29,280 nt of DNA from Armatimonadota bacterium (GTDB lineage: Bacteria > Armatimonadota > UBA5829 > DTJY01): the NCBI GenBank assembly GCA_035686805.1, contig DASRZD010000350.1:1-29280 (forward strand), read 5' to 3'. Numbering within the stretch: position 1 is the stretch's first letter; each line of letters opens with the position of its first letter. Positions 7,282 through 15,726 of the stretch are shown here, piece after piece. Both the position numbers and the translations under genes were made by a program. Under the pieces are notes generated by a model, which was not told the DNA's origin, searched no databases, and was given only the letters and a program-made list of their open reading frames with translations.

Positions 7282-9110
7282 AGGTGCACCTCCTTCCAGG
7301 CCTGAGCATATTCTCCCTTGAAGTAGAGGGCGACCGCGAGATTGTTGTGTGCCTCCGCCAAGTCCGGTCTCAGGCTGATAGCTTTATTATACTCCGCTAT
7401 CGCCTCATCGGTCTTATCCTGTTGCTTCAGCGCCAGGCCGAGATTCGAGTGAGCCTCCGCGAACTTCGGGCATATTCTGATTGCCGCTCTGAACTCCTGT
7501 ATGGCCGCATCGATGTTTCTCTGATCGTAGAGTACGCCGCCCTTCTCATAGTGCTCCACCGCCTCTTTCGAAGGCGGCTGAACGCCGGGCTGCCTGGAAG
7601 ACCTTTGCCTGGCGAGGGTAATCTCCATGTTCTTGCGGGCATCCTCCATATTAGGGTCAACGCTGAGCTCCCGGGAATAGGCGTCTATCGCCTCATCATA
7701 CTTGTGAAGGGCGAAGTACGCGTTCCCGAGGCTGAGATAATACACCGGCATGTCGGATCGCAGCTCAATAGCTTTTGTCAGGAGATCCACCGCCGGCTGA
7801 TACTTCCCTTGTCTCGCCAAAGCAGTTCCCAGACTGGAGTAGGCGACATAGTTGTTCTTCGTAACCTTTAGCGCATGGCTGAAAAGAGTTACGTCATTCC
7901 TCCAATGCCTGACTTGGTTCTGTGTGAGGATTGCCAATGCCAGGACAATCACGCCGGCCCCTGCCGAGAGGGCAATCGGCCTCTTGCCGAGTACTTCGGG
8001 GATACCCCATGCTAGAATGATAAAGATGCCGATCAGGGGCACATAGCTATACCGATCCGCCATGGATTGTGCGCCAACCTGCACGAGGCCGATGACAGGC
8101 ATCATAGTGCCTACGAACCAAAGCCACCCGACAGCCAGGTAGGGCCTTTTCGCACGGAAGACGAGATAGGATAACAAGATCAGGATGAATGTTGCGCCCA
8201 GGGCCTGCCATGCGGGCGGCTTCACCAAAGGATAGAAGACGGCCAGCTTAGCCGGCCACACTGTCTTGAGCAGGTAACTTACATAGGAGACCAGAGCATT
8301 GGAAAGCCTGTGAGCCATCGGCACTCGCGTGAGAGTGCTCATGGCCATTCCCTGATTCTGTGCCATGCAAGTGACCACGCTCGAGCACGCCGACAGGGCA
8401 AACAGCGGTATCTTCTCGACAATCAGCGCCTGTAACCCCTTTTCCTGCTTCTTCGTCTTGCCGAATCTCAGTCGCCCCAGCGGCCAGTAGTCAAGCAACA
8501 GGAGCACCAGCGGCAGCGTAACCAGCATCGGTTTCGACATGAGGCCAAGTGCAAACAGTGCCATCACGAGAGCATATCTAGATACCCCCGGCTTCTCTGC
8601 ATAACTCACATACGCCCACATGGTGGTTAGCCAGAAGAATGTGCTCAGCACATCCTTGCGCTCGGCTATCCAGGCGACCGACTCCACATGCAGCGGATGG
8701 AGGGCGAACAACCCGGCCACGAATGCACTCTTCCAGAGCGATCCCGCCTGCGGCGAGCCCGGTCGAGCCGTCATCCGCCTGAGAACCACCAGCAGAAGAA
8801 CGGTATTCGCCAGGTGGAACAGAAGGTTCGTCAGATGGAAGCCCATCGGATTCAGGCCATACAGCCCCTTATCCACCATGTATGACAGCCACGTCAGCGG
8901 ATGCCAGTTCGCCAAGTCGAAGGTCGTGAAGGCATACTTGATGCCGGCAAACGGCAGGTCGGCTTTGAGGGAATGATTGTCGCTTACGTACTTGTCGTCA
9001 TCGTAGCTGATGAACTCGCCTTGAAGAGCGCCGTGATAGGCCGCGGCAGTCACCAGGAGCAGGCCGACCGCAATCAGATGGAATTGATGCTTGTTCAGAA
9101 ACTTCTTCAT
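7203..9110 (-). CDS. TMTC-like GT-C glycosyltransferase with TPR array, paralog 3
   Basis: Same motif set: FISYDDD, NWHPLTWLSYM, HPLHVESVAWIAERKDVLST. The tail is CQKYGGSPIPDFLNALSEKMPDPGS. I prefer ATG 9108-9110 (MKKFLNKH, AGGTGA 5 nt upstream) over the track's GTG at 9119, which would overlap the paralog 4 stop. Confidence 0.85.
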   Translation of the reverse strand: MKKFLNKHQFHLIAVGLLLVTAAAYHGALQGEFISYDDDKYVSDNHSLKADLPFAGIKYAFTTFDLANWHPLTWLSYMVDKGLYGLNPMGFHLTNLLFHLANTVLLLVVLRRMTARPGSPQAGSLWKSAFVAGLFALHPLHVESVAWIAERKDVLSTFFWLTTMWAYVSYAEKPGVSRYALVMALFALGLMSKPMLVTLPLVLLLLDYWPLGRLRFGKTKKQEKGLQALIVEKIPLFALSACSSVVTCMAQNQGMAMSTLTRVPMAHRLSNALVSYVSYLLKTVWPAKLAVFYPLVKPPAWQALGATFILILLSYLVFRAKRPYLAVGWLWFVGTMMPVIGLVQVGAQSMADRYSYVPLIGIFIILAWGIPEVLGKRPIALSAGAGVIVLALAILTQNQVRHWRNDVTLFSHALKVTKNNYVAYSSLGTALARQGKYQPAVDLLTKAIELRSDMPVYYLSLGNAYFALHKYDEAIDAYSRELSVDPNMEDARKNMEITLARQRSSRQPGVQPPSKEAVEHYEKGGVLYDQRNIDAAIQEFRAAIRICPKFAEAHSNLGLALKQQDKTDEAIAEYNKAISLRPDLAEAHNNLAVALYFKGEYAQAWKEVHLCQKYGGSPIPDFLNALSEKMPDPGS

Positions 9111-9111
9111 T

Positions 9112-10851
9112 CTATTCACCTGGATCAGGCATCTTCTCCAGGAGCGCCTGGAGGAACTCGGGGTTCACGGCCGTACCATTTTTCTCCGCGAGTTGTACTT
9201 CACTCCAAGCCTCATCGTAGTTGCCGGCTGAATACAACACCACAGCCAGATTGTTGTGAGCCGGCCCCAAGTTAGGCTTCAGCCGAATCGCCGCCCGATA
9301 CTCTCCTATTGCCTCGTCAAACTTGCCCTGGTTTTGCAGGGCCATCCCGAAATTGTAGTGTACCAGCGAAGTGTCAATGCCGAGCTGTAAGCTCTTCTGC
9401 GCGTCTTCCAGATCCGGATTGGCGCTCAGTCCCCTGGCATACGATTGGGTGGCCTCCGCATACTTGCCCAGGGTGAAATACACATTTCCCAGGCAGAGAT
9501 GATAGTGAGGCATGTCTGACCTTATTGCGATGGCCTTAGTGAGATACTCGACCGCCTGCTGGTAATCCTCTTCCGCTGCCAATGCCGCCCCCAGGTTGGC
9601 GTATGCGATATAGTTATTCTTCGTCACCTTGATTGCATGGCCGAAGAGGGCAATATCGTTCCTCCAATATCGTACCTGAAACCAGGTCCCAACTGCCAGA
9701 CCGAGTATCACGAGGCAGGCGACCGCTGCCAGAGCATTCCGGGGCTTTTCCCCCCACCGTTTTGTCTCTACGACTAGATCAGGCATCAGCCAGGCGACTG
9801 CTATGAACAGACCTATCAGGGGCACATAGGTATACCTGTCCGCCATGGACTGCGCCCCTACCTGGACGAGTCCGATCACGGGAACCATCGTGCCCAGGAA
9901 CCAAAGCCATCCGACGGTCAGGTAAGGCCGCTTCGCCCGAATGACCAGATAGGACAATGCGATCAGCATGAGCAATGCACCCAGCGCCTGCCATGCGGGA
10001 GGTTTCACCAATGGGTAGAAAACGGCCAGCTTCGCCGGCCAGATAGTTTTCAGCAGATAGCTCGCGTAGGAGACGACGGCATTGGATAGCCTTTGGTCCA
10101 GAGGCACTCGACCGAGAGTGTTTAGAGCCTGCCCCTGACTCTGAGCCATGCAAGTGATGATGCTGGAGCATACCGATAAAGCAAGCAGTGGAGCCTTCTC
10201 CAGCACCAGACTCGGCCACGGCTTGTCTCTCTTCAGCGGCCAGTAGTCGAGCAGCAGCAGCACAAAGGGAAGAGTAACCAGCATTGGTTTCGCCATCAGC
10301 CCGAGGACGAATAAACCGACTACGAGCGCATACCGGGCCGCCCCCGGCTTCCCCGCATAACTGATGTACGCCCACATGGTCAGAAGCCAGAAGAACGTGC
10401 TGAGAACATCCTTGCGCTCGGCTACCCACGCCACCGACTCCACGTGCAGCGGATGAACCGCGAACAGCCCCACCACGAACGCACTCCTCCAGAGCGATCC
10501 CGCCTGCGGCGAGCCCGGTCGAGCCGTCATCCACCTAAGGACTATTAGCAAGAGAAGGGTGTTCGCCATGTGGAACAGCAGGTTCGTCAGATGGAAGCCC
10601 ATGGGGTTCAGGCCGTAGAGTCCCTTGTCCACCATATATGACAGCCACGTCAGCGGATGCCAGTTCGCCTGGTAGAACGTCGTGAATGCCCACTTGACTC
10701 CGGCGATCGGCAGCCCGGCCTGGAGAAACGGATTGTTGGTCACGAACCTGTCATCGTCAAAGATGACGAACCCATTCGTCCACACTCCCCAATAGGTGGC
10801 GAGCGTGAGGACGACGAGGGCCAGTATGACGACGACCAGGTTCTTTTTCAT
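9112..10851 (-). CDS. TMTC-like GT-C glycosyltransferase with TPR array, paralog 4
   Basis: Same motif set (FVIFDDD, NWHPLTWLSYM, HPLHVESVAWVAERKDVLST). It is the closest relative of paralog 3. The tail is AEKNGTAVNPEFLQALLEKMPDPGE. The preferred start is ATG 10849-10851 (MKKNLVVV), 1 nt after the paralog 5 stop. The track's TTG at 10908 adds a non-homologous extension. Confidence 0.85.
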   Translation of the reverse strand: MKKNLVVVILALVVLTLATYWGVWTNGFVIFDDDRFVTNNPFLQAGLPIAGVKWAFTTFYQANWHPLTWLSYMVDKGLYGLNPMGFHLTNLLFHMANTLLLLIVLRWMTARPGSPQAGSLWRSAFVVGLFAVHPLHVESVAWVAERKDVLSTFFWLLTMWAYISYAGKPGAARYALVVGLFVLGLMAKPMLVTLPFVLLLLDYWPLKRDKPWPSLVLEKAPLLALSVCSSIITCMAQSQGQALNTLGRVPLDQRLSNAVVSYASYLLKTIWPAKLAVFYPLVKPPAWQALGALLMLIALSYLVIRAKRPYLTVGWLWFLGTMVPVIGLVQVGAQSMADRYTYVPLIGLFIAVAWLMPDLVVETKRWGEKPRNALAAVACLVILGLAVGTWFQVRYWRNDIALFGHAIKVTKNNYIAYANLGAALAAEEDYQQAVEYLTKAIAIRSDMPHYHLCLGNVYFTLGKYAEATQSYARGLSANPDLEDAQKSLQLGIDTSLVHYNFGMALQNQGKFDEAIGEYRAAIRLKPNLGPAHNNLAVVLYSAGNYDEAWSEVQLAEKNGTAVNPEFLQALLEKMPDPGE

Positions 10852-10852
10852 G

Positions 10853-12868
10853 TCAGTTATCGTCCAGGCGCTTGAGACCGGCCATAGCCTCCCGGCACGA
10901 TGGGTCAATCTCCAAAGCCCGGCGATATTGCTCGGCGGCCTCGCTTAGTTTGGCCTGTCCCTCCAAAGCTTTCCCCAGGCTATAATACGCATTTGGCAGG
11001 TCAGGATTGCATGCAATGGACTTGCGATATTCCGGGATAGCCTCATTGACCTTGCCCTGGCCGGCCAGCGCCAGACCCAGATTGAGATGGGCCATGGCAT
11101 GATCAGGCTCGATCTCCAGCGCTTCCCTGAATTGCGCTATCGCTTCATCTATCTTGCCCTCGTTGACCAGAATGATCCCCAGATTGTTGTGCGGCGGGGC
11201 CATTTGGGCGTTGAGGGTCATAGCTTTCAAGTACTCTGCCTTTGCCTCATTGGGCTTTCCCTGCAAATCGAAAACAAGGCCGAGGTTATAGTGAGCCAGG
11301 GAGTAATTCGGATAGAGGGCGATCGCCGTCCGAAACTCATCCGCGGCCTCGTCGAATCTCCCCTGATCCATGAGAGCGCCTCCGAGGCAGAAATGCGCCA
11401 GATCGTTCTCGCTCTTGATCTTTAGAGATTCCCGATATTGCCTCATCGCCTCGCCATACTCCTTTTCGTCCTCGTGCGCCATGCCGAGGTTGATATGGGC
11501 GAGGTAGTTGTTTCTGGTCACATCCACAGCATGCTGGAACAGCATACGGCTGTCCCGCCAATATCCCACCTGAACCCGCGTGGCCGCTGCCAACATGATT
11601 ACGATCGCACACGCAACTATGACTAGAGCGTTCCCAGGTGTTTCACCCCATCGCCCCATCGCCCCATCGCCCCGTCGCTTGGTCTCCCTGGCAAGATCGG
11701 GGAGAAGCGAGGCAACTATCAGGAAGAGACCTATCAGCGGGAAATAGGTATACCTGTCCGCCATCGCCTGCCTACCTACCTGCACCAGGCCGATAACCGG
11801 TATGAGCGTGATGACAAACCAGAGCCATCCTACTGCCAGATAGCGCCGTTTTCGTCCATAATAGAACACTAGACTGGTAATCGCTGCCAGGATGACCGCC
11901 GAGCCGGCGATCTGCCACACTGCGAGCGTATTGCCGGGGTGAGGGTAGAAGATCGCCAGATTATGGGGAAAGACCGTCTTTCCGACATAGCCCGCGTAAG
12001 CGACGATGGCATTGGCCACACGGACTCCGATCGGATAGTTCTGGAATGAACCGACGGCGCCTTCCTTATTCTGGGCTGTGAAGGTTATTATTGCCGAGCC
12101 GGCGGACATCGCCAGAAGCGGCATCTTTTCCAATATGAGCTTCAATTTGCCTGACTTCTCCATGCGCCCGAGAGGCCAGTAATCCAGCAGGAGGAGTATG
12201 ATCGGCAGCGAGACCAGCATGGGCTTGGACATCAGCCCGAGGGCGAACAGAAGGATCACCGGCACGTACCGCTTAATGCTCGGCTTCTCAGAGTAGAGCA
12301 CATACGCGCCCATGGTGAGCATCCAGAAGAACGTGCTGAGCACATCCTTGCGCTCGGCCACCCACGCCACGGATTCCACGTGAAGCGGATGGAGGGCGAA
12401 CAACGCCGCAACAAAGGCGCTCTTCCATGATGAGCCTGCCTGCATCGAGCCGGGTCGAGATGTCATCCGTCGAAGCACGAGGAACAGCAGGACCGTGCTT
12501 GCCATGTGGAAAATCAAGTTCGTTGCATGATGGCCAGCCGGGTTATCCCGGAAGAATTGGTAATCCGCCATGTGCGACATCCACGTCAGAGGATGCCAGT
12601 TGCCCGCATAACCGACGTTGAACGCCCAGGCAAGACTCTTCGCGGTCAGCCCCGCCTTTACAAAGGAGTTCCTGTACACGTAGACGTCATCGTCATAGTT
12701 AATGAAGGCGTTTCGGAATACCGGCATGTAGACGGCGAGCGTCACCACCAGGAGGACGAGGCATATCAGCAGCACTTGCTTGTTTTCGTTTAGCGGCCGG
12801 GCGGAGGCATCTTTTCGGATAGCAGCCTTATGAACTCCGGGTGCGGGCTTCCTCCGTATTTTCGACAC
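10853..12868 (-). CDS. TMTC-like GT-C glycosyltransferase with the longest TPR array, paralog 5
   Basis: Same membrane motifs (FINYDDD, NWHPLTWMSHM, HPLHVESVAWVAERKDVLST). It is the only paralog lacking the EKMPDPG tail, ending instead in EIDPSCREAMAGLKRLDDN. I prefer GTG 12866-12868 with AAAGAGG (12876-12882) 7 nt upstream, which is homologous to the paralog 1/2 starts and gives the same 79-nt overlap. The ATG at 12884-12886 (track start) is the alternative. Confidence 0.8.
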   Translation of the reverse strand: MSKIRRKPAPGVHKAAIRKDASARPLNENKQVLLICLVLLVVTLAVYMPVFRNAFINYDDDVYVYRNSFVKAGLTAKSLAWAFNVGYAGNWHPLTWMSHMADYQFFRDNPAGHHATNLIFHMASTVLLFLVLRRMTSRPGSMQAGSSWKSAFVAALFALHPLHVESVAWVAERKDVLSTFFWMLTMGAYVLYSEKPSIKRYVPVILLFALGLMSKPMLVSLPIILLLLDYWPLGRMEKSGKLKLILEKMPLLAMSAGSAIITFTAQNKEGAVGSFQNYPIGVRVANAIVAYAGYVGKTVFPHNLAIFYPHPGNTLAVWQIAGSAVILAAITSLVFYYGRKRRYLAVGWLWFVITLIPVIGLVQVGRQAMADRYTYFPLIGLFLIVASLLPDLARETKRRGDGAMGRWGETPGNALVIVACAIVIMLAAATRVQVGYWRDSRMLFQHAVDVTRNNYLAHINLGMAHEDEKEYGEAMRQYRESLKIKSENDLAHFCLGGALMDQGRFDEAADEFRTAIALYPNYSLAHYNLGLVFDLQGKPNEAKAEYLKAMTLNAQMAPPHNNLGIILVNEGKIDEAIAQFREALEIEPDHAMAHLNLGLALAGQGKVNEAIPEYRKSIACNPDLPNAYYSLGKALEGQAKLSEAAEQYRRALEIDPSCREAMAGLKRLDDN
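11646..11677 (-). repeat. 8-nt tandem repeat inside the paralog 5 coding sequence
   Basis: Plus strand reads ccccatcg ccccatcg ccccatcg ccccgtcg, which is 3 perfect units plus 1 degenerate unit. It encodes the loop RRGDGAMGRWGE. The unit length is not a multiple of 3. Confidence 0.8.
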
Positions 12869-14787
12869 AATTCTACCTCTTTCCATGCCTGGGCATAGTC
12901 GGCCTTTTCATAGTAGATCACTGCGAGATTGTTGTAGGCGGGGGCTAGGTTGGTTCTGAGGCACACAGCCTGATCGTATTCCTCTATCGCATCATCGAGC
13001 TTCTGCTGCTCCTCAAGCATCACCCCAAGGTTATAATGAGCGGCCGCCGACTGAGGATCCAGATTGAGCGCTATCTTGATCTCTCGAATTGCTTCGTCCA
13101 GTCTGCCTTGCTTGTGGAGTACGGATGACAGACTGGTGTGCGCCTCGACCAGACTCGGATCTATGTGCAGAGCGGCTTTGAACTCGTCCTCCGCCTGCTT
13201 GCCCCTGCCTTGCTCGGCATAGATATTGCCAAGGTTGTTGTGAGAGTTGGCGTCGTCGGGCCGGATGCTGAGCGCCTTTTTATACTCGGTGATCGCCTCC
13301 TCGACATCCCCCTTGAAGGTAAGCGCCTTCGCAAGATTATAGTGGGCCACGGCGAATCGAGGATTCAGGCGTATGGCTTCACGGATCTCACGAATGCCCT
13401 CATCAAATCCTCCCTGGACCGCAAGGACCATCCCCAGGTTGTTGTGAGCCGGCGGGTAGGTGGGGTCGATCTTCATAGCAGCCCTGTAGTGAACAGTCGC
13501 CTCGTCGAACTTCCCTTCGCCGGCCAGTGTTCGGCCAAGGCAATCCTCCATAACAAAGTTATCGGATGTGCAATCCAGCGCGTGCTGGAACAAGGTCTCG
13601 CCATCCTGCCAGTAGCCGACCTGGATTCGCGTCACTATGCCCAGGACCAGCAGCACGGCAATGCCCACAGCCGGAGCAAGCAAGGCCGCCCTCTTCCCCC
13701 TGACGTAGTCCGAGACCGCCCATACCACCATTATGAAGATGCCGGTCAACGGCATATAAGTATACCGGTCCGCGATGGCTTGCCCGCCCACCTGCACCAA
13801 TCCGATGACAGGCACGAGCATTCCAAGAAACCACAGCCAGCCGACCGTCAGATATGGCTTCTTTCGGCGAAGTGAGAATACGAGGAGCGATATACCGATC
13901 AGCAGGATTGCCGAAGCCGCCACTTTCCACGTCGCGAGGTCCGCGCCGGGGTGGGGGTACATGAGCGCCAGGTTATGCGGCCACACGGTTTTCCACAGGT
14001 AAGTCACATATCCTACCAGGGCATTGGCGATTCTGACCCCGAGAGAGAATTCCTGAAGACTTCCGAGAGCATTCTTGGTACCCTGGGCGATGACCGTCAT
14101 GACGCATGAAGCCGCCGCCAGGACCATCAGCGGGATCTTCTCCAGGACGAGGCCCGGCCATCGTGCCTTCCGGCCCAAAGGCCAGTAATCGACTAGTAGG
14201 AGCACGAACGGCATGGTAACGAGCATGGGTTTGGACAGCAGCCCCAGCGCGAATGCAGCGAGCACCGGCAAGTATCGGCCTATGCTCGGTTTCCTGGCAT
14301 ACCTCCGATAAGCCAGCATGGTCAGCAGCAGGAAGAAAGTGCTGAGCAGATCCTTGCGTTCGGCCACCCATGCCACCGACTCCACGCGAAGCGGATGAAC
14401 GGCGAACAGCGCCGCCACAAGCGCGCTTCTCCAGTAGCAGCCGGTCATCAAAGAGAGTAGAAGGAAGAGAAGGAACGCATTGGCGGCGTGGATCATCAGG
14501 CTGGTTAGATGGTGGCCGCCGGGGTAGGTGTTGTATAGTCCACAGTCGGCGGCGTGGGATATCCAGGTTAGCGGATGCCAGTTCGCAGCTCGGACGGCGG
14601 TAAATGCCCAGCGAACCGTCTTCATAGTCAGCCCTGCCTGGATATGCGGGTTATTGGCGACGTACTCGCCATCGTCATAGTAGATGATGAAGTCGTGCCC
14701 CAGCATCGGCCAGTAGGCAAGCAGAGTCGCCGTGATCAGAACAAGAGTGATAACAGCTTTCAGATGGCTTTTCATGAATTCTATCAT
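12790..14787 (-). CDS. TMTC-like GT-C glycosyltransferase with TPR array, paralog 6
   Basis: 665 aa with motifs FIIYYDD, NWHPLTWISHA, HPLRVESVAWVAERKDLLST and LVDYWP. The tail is CRKYGGSPHPEFIRLLSEKMPPPGR. The start is ATG 14785-14787, or the in-frame ATG 14773-14775 (MKSHLKAV). Confidence 0.85.
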   Translation of the reverse strand: MIEFMKSHLKAVITLVLITATLLAYWPMLGHDFIIYYDDGEYVANNPHIQAGLTMKTVRWAFTAVRAANWHPLTWISHAADCGLYNTYPGGHHLTSLMIHAANAFLLFLLLSLMTGCYWRSALVAALFAVHPLRVESVAWVAERKDLLSTFFLLLTMLAYRRYARKPSIGRYLPVLAAFALGLLSKPMLVTMPFVLLLVDYWPLGRKARWPGLVLEKIPLMVLAAASCVMTVIAQGTKNALGSLQEFSLGVRIANALVGYVTYLWKTVWPHNLALMYPHPGADLATWKVAASAILLIGISLLVFSLRRKKPYLTVGWLWFLGMLVPVIGLVQVGGQAIADRYTYMPLTGIFIMVVWAVSDYVRGKRAALLAPAVGIAVLLVLGIVTRIQVGYWQDGETLFQHALDCTSDNFVMEDCLGRTLAGEGKFDEATVHYRAAMKIDPTYPPAHNNLGMVLAVQGGFDEGIREIREAIRLNPRFAVAHYNLAKALTFKGDVEEAITEYKKALSIRPDDANSHNNLGNIYAEQGRGKQAEDEFKAALHIDPSLVEAHTSLSSVLHKQGRLDEAIREIKIALNLDPQSAAAHYNLGVMLEEQQKLDDAIEEYDQAVCLRTNLAPAYNNLAVIYYEKADYAQAWKEVELCRKYGGSPHPEFIRLLSEKMPPPGR

Positions 14788-14793
14788 GCCAGC

Positions 14794-14967
14794 TTAACCC
14801 CCAGGATTCTTAGGCCAGAGCATCTTCTCCCCATAAGTTACGTGCGATACGAGGGCATTGCCGATTCTCTCGCCAGGGGGGAGCGCTTCCACTCTCCAGT
14901 AGGCGGCGACTGTCACAAGGCAGAGCACCGCTGCAACCAGAAAGAGATTCCTTGAACCCCTATTCAT
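14794..14967 (-). pseudogene. 57-aa relic of a seventh TMTC-like paralog (TM1 fused directly to a mid-protein segment)
   Basis: Below the ORF-track size cutoff. My translation is MNRGSRNLFLVAAVLCLVTVAAYWRVEALPPGERIGNALVSHVTYGEKMLWPKNPGG. The first half matches the paralog TM1 (for example LVVVILALVVLTLATYWG). The second half matches the internal segment RVSNALVSYLSYIVKMVWPKDL of paralog 1. Its ATG (14965-14967) overlaps the GT2 stop in an ATGAATAG arrangement. Whether it is translated is unknown. Confidence 0.55.
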
Positions 14968-15712
14968 ATCTAGGGAACAGCTCCGATTTCACGAGCCGCC
15001 ACTTCGCCAGACGGAACTTCAGGGCAGTCCCCAGGCACCCAAATCCATATTTGACACTGCGCTTGAAGTTGATCGAGGAGGCGTCCGGAGAGTAGCGGGT
15101 CGGGCAGCTTACTTCGCCGATAATATGTCCAAACCAGAGGATCTGCGCCAGCATCTGGTTGTCGAAGACGAAGTCGTTATCGTTCTTCTCCAGCGGCAAC
15201 TGCTCCAGCAATTCCTTGGAGAACGCCCGGTAACCCGTATGGTATTCGGAGAGCTTGGCAGACATCAAGACGTTCTCTGCAAGGGTCAGAAAGCGGTTTG
15301 ATATATAGCGCCATGCAGGCATTCCCTCTCTGAGGGCTCGTCCTCCCAGGATCCTGGAGGCAATCACGCAGGGGTACAATTCGGCTGCAATCAGCGATGC
15401 CATCGCCGGGATCAACTTCGGCGTGTACTGGTAATCCGGATGGACCATGATCACTATGTCTGCGCCCTCCTCCAGGGCGAGCCTATAGCAAGTCTTCTGA
15501 TTGCCGCCATACCCCAGGTTATTGGTATGGGTGTGGACTTTGGTATTCGGCAGAGTCCTTGCGATATCCGTGGTCTCGTCATGGCTCGCGTCATCCACCA
15601 CTATCACCAGGTCCACAATGCCGTGTGACATCACCTCGTCATAAGTCTTTTTAAGTGTCTGAGCCGCATTATAGGCAGGCATGATTACCACAATTCTCTT
15701 GCCTTGAAACAT
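14960..15712 (-). CDS. Family 2 glycosyltransferase, polyprenyl-phosphate sugar synthase-like (DPM1/ArnC/GtrB-like)
   Basis: The N-terminus IVVIMPAYNAAQTL and VIVVDDASHDET form the classic GT2 (GT-A) signature, and the protein is short and soluble-looking. I prefer ATG 15710-15712 (GGAGG 7 nt upstream) over the track's TTG at 15715. Confidence 0.85.
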   Translation of the reverse strand: MFQGKRIVVIMPAYNAAQTLKKTYDEVMSHGIVDLVIVVDDASHDETTDIARTLPNTKVHTHTNNLGYGGNQKTCYRLALEEGADIVIMVHPDYQYTPKLIPAMASLIAAELYPCVIASRILGGRALREGMPAWRYISNRFLTLAENVLMSAKLSEYHTGYRAFSKELLEQLPLEKNDNDFVFDNQMLAQILWFGHIIGEVSCPTRYSPDASSINFKRSVKYGFGCLGTALKFRLAKWRLVKSELFPRYE

Positions 15713-15726
15713 CAAATTGCCTCCAC

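Noticed and set aside
10852-10908. The N-terminal extension of paralog 4 from TTG 10908 (MTHRAGRLWPVSSAWTITD...).
   Set aside because: The extension has no counterpart in any paralog and overlaps the paralog 5 C-terminus. ATG 10849-10851 gives MKKNLVVV..., which is homologous to the MKKFLNKH start of paralog 3.
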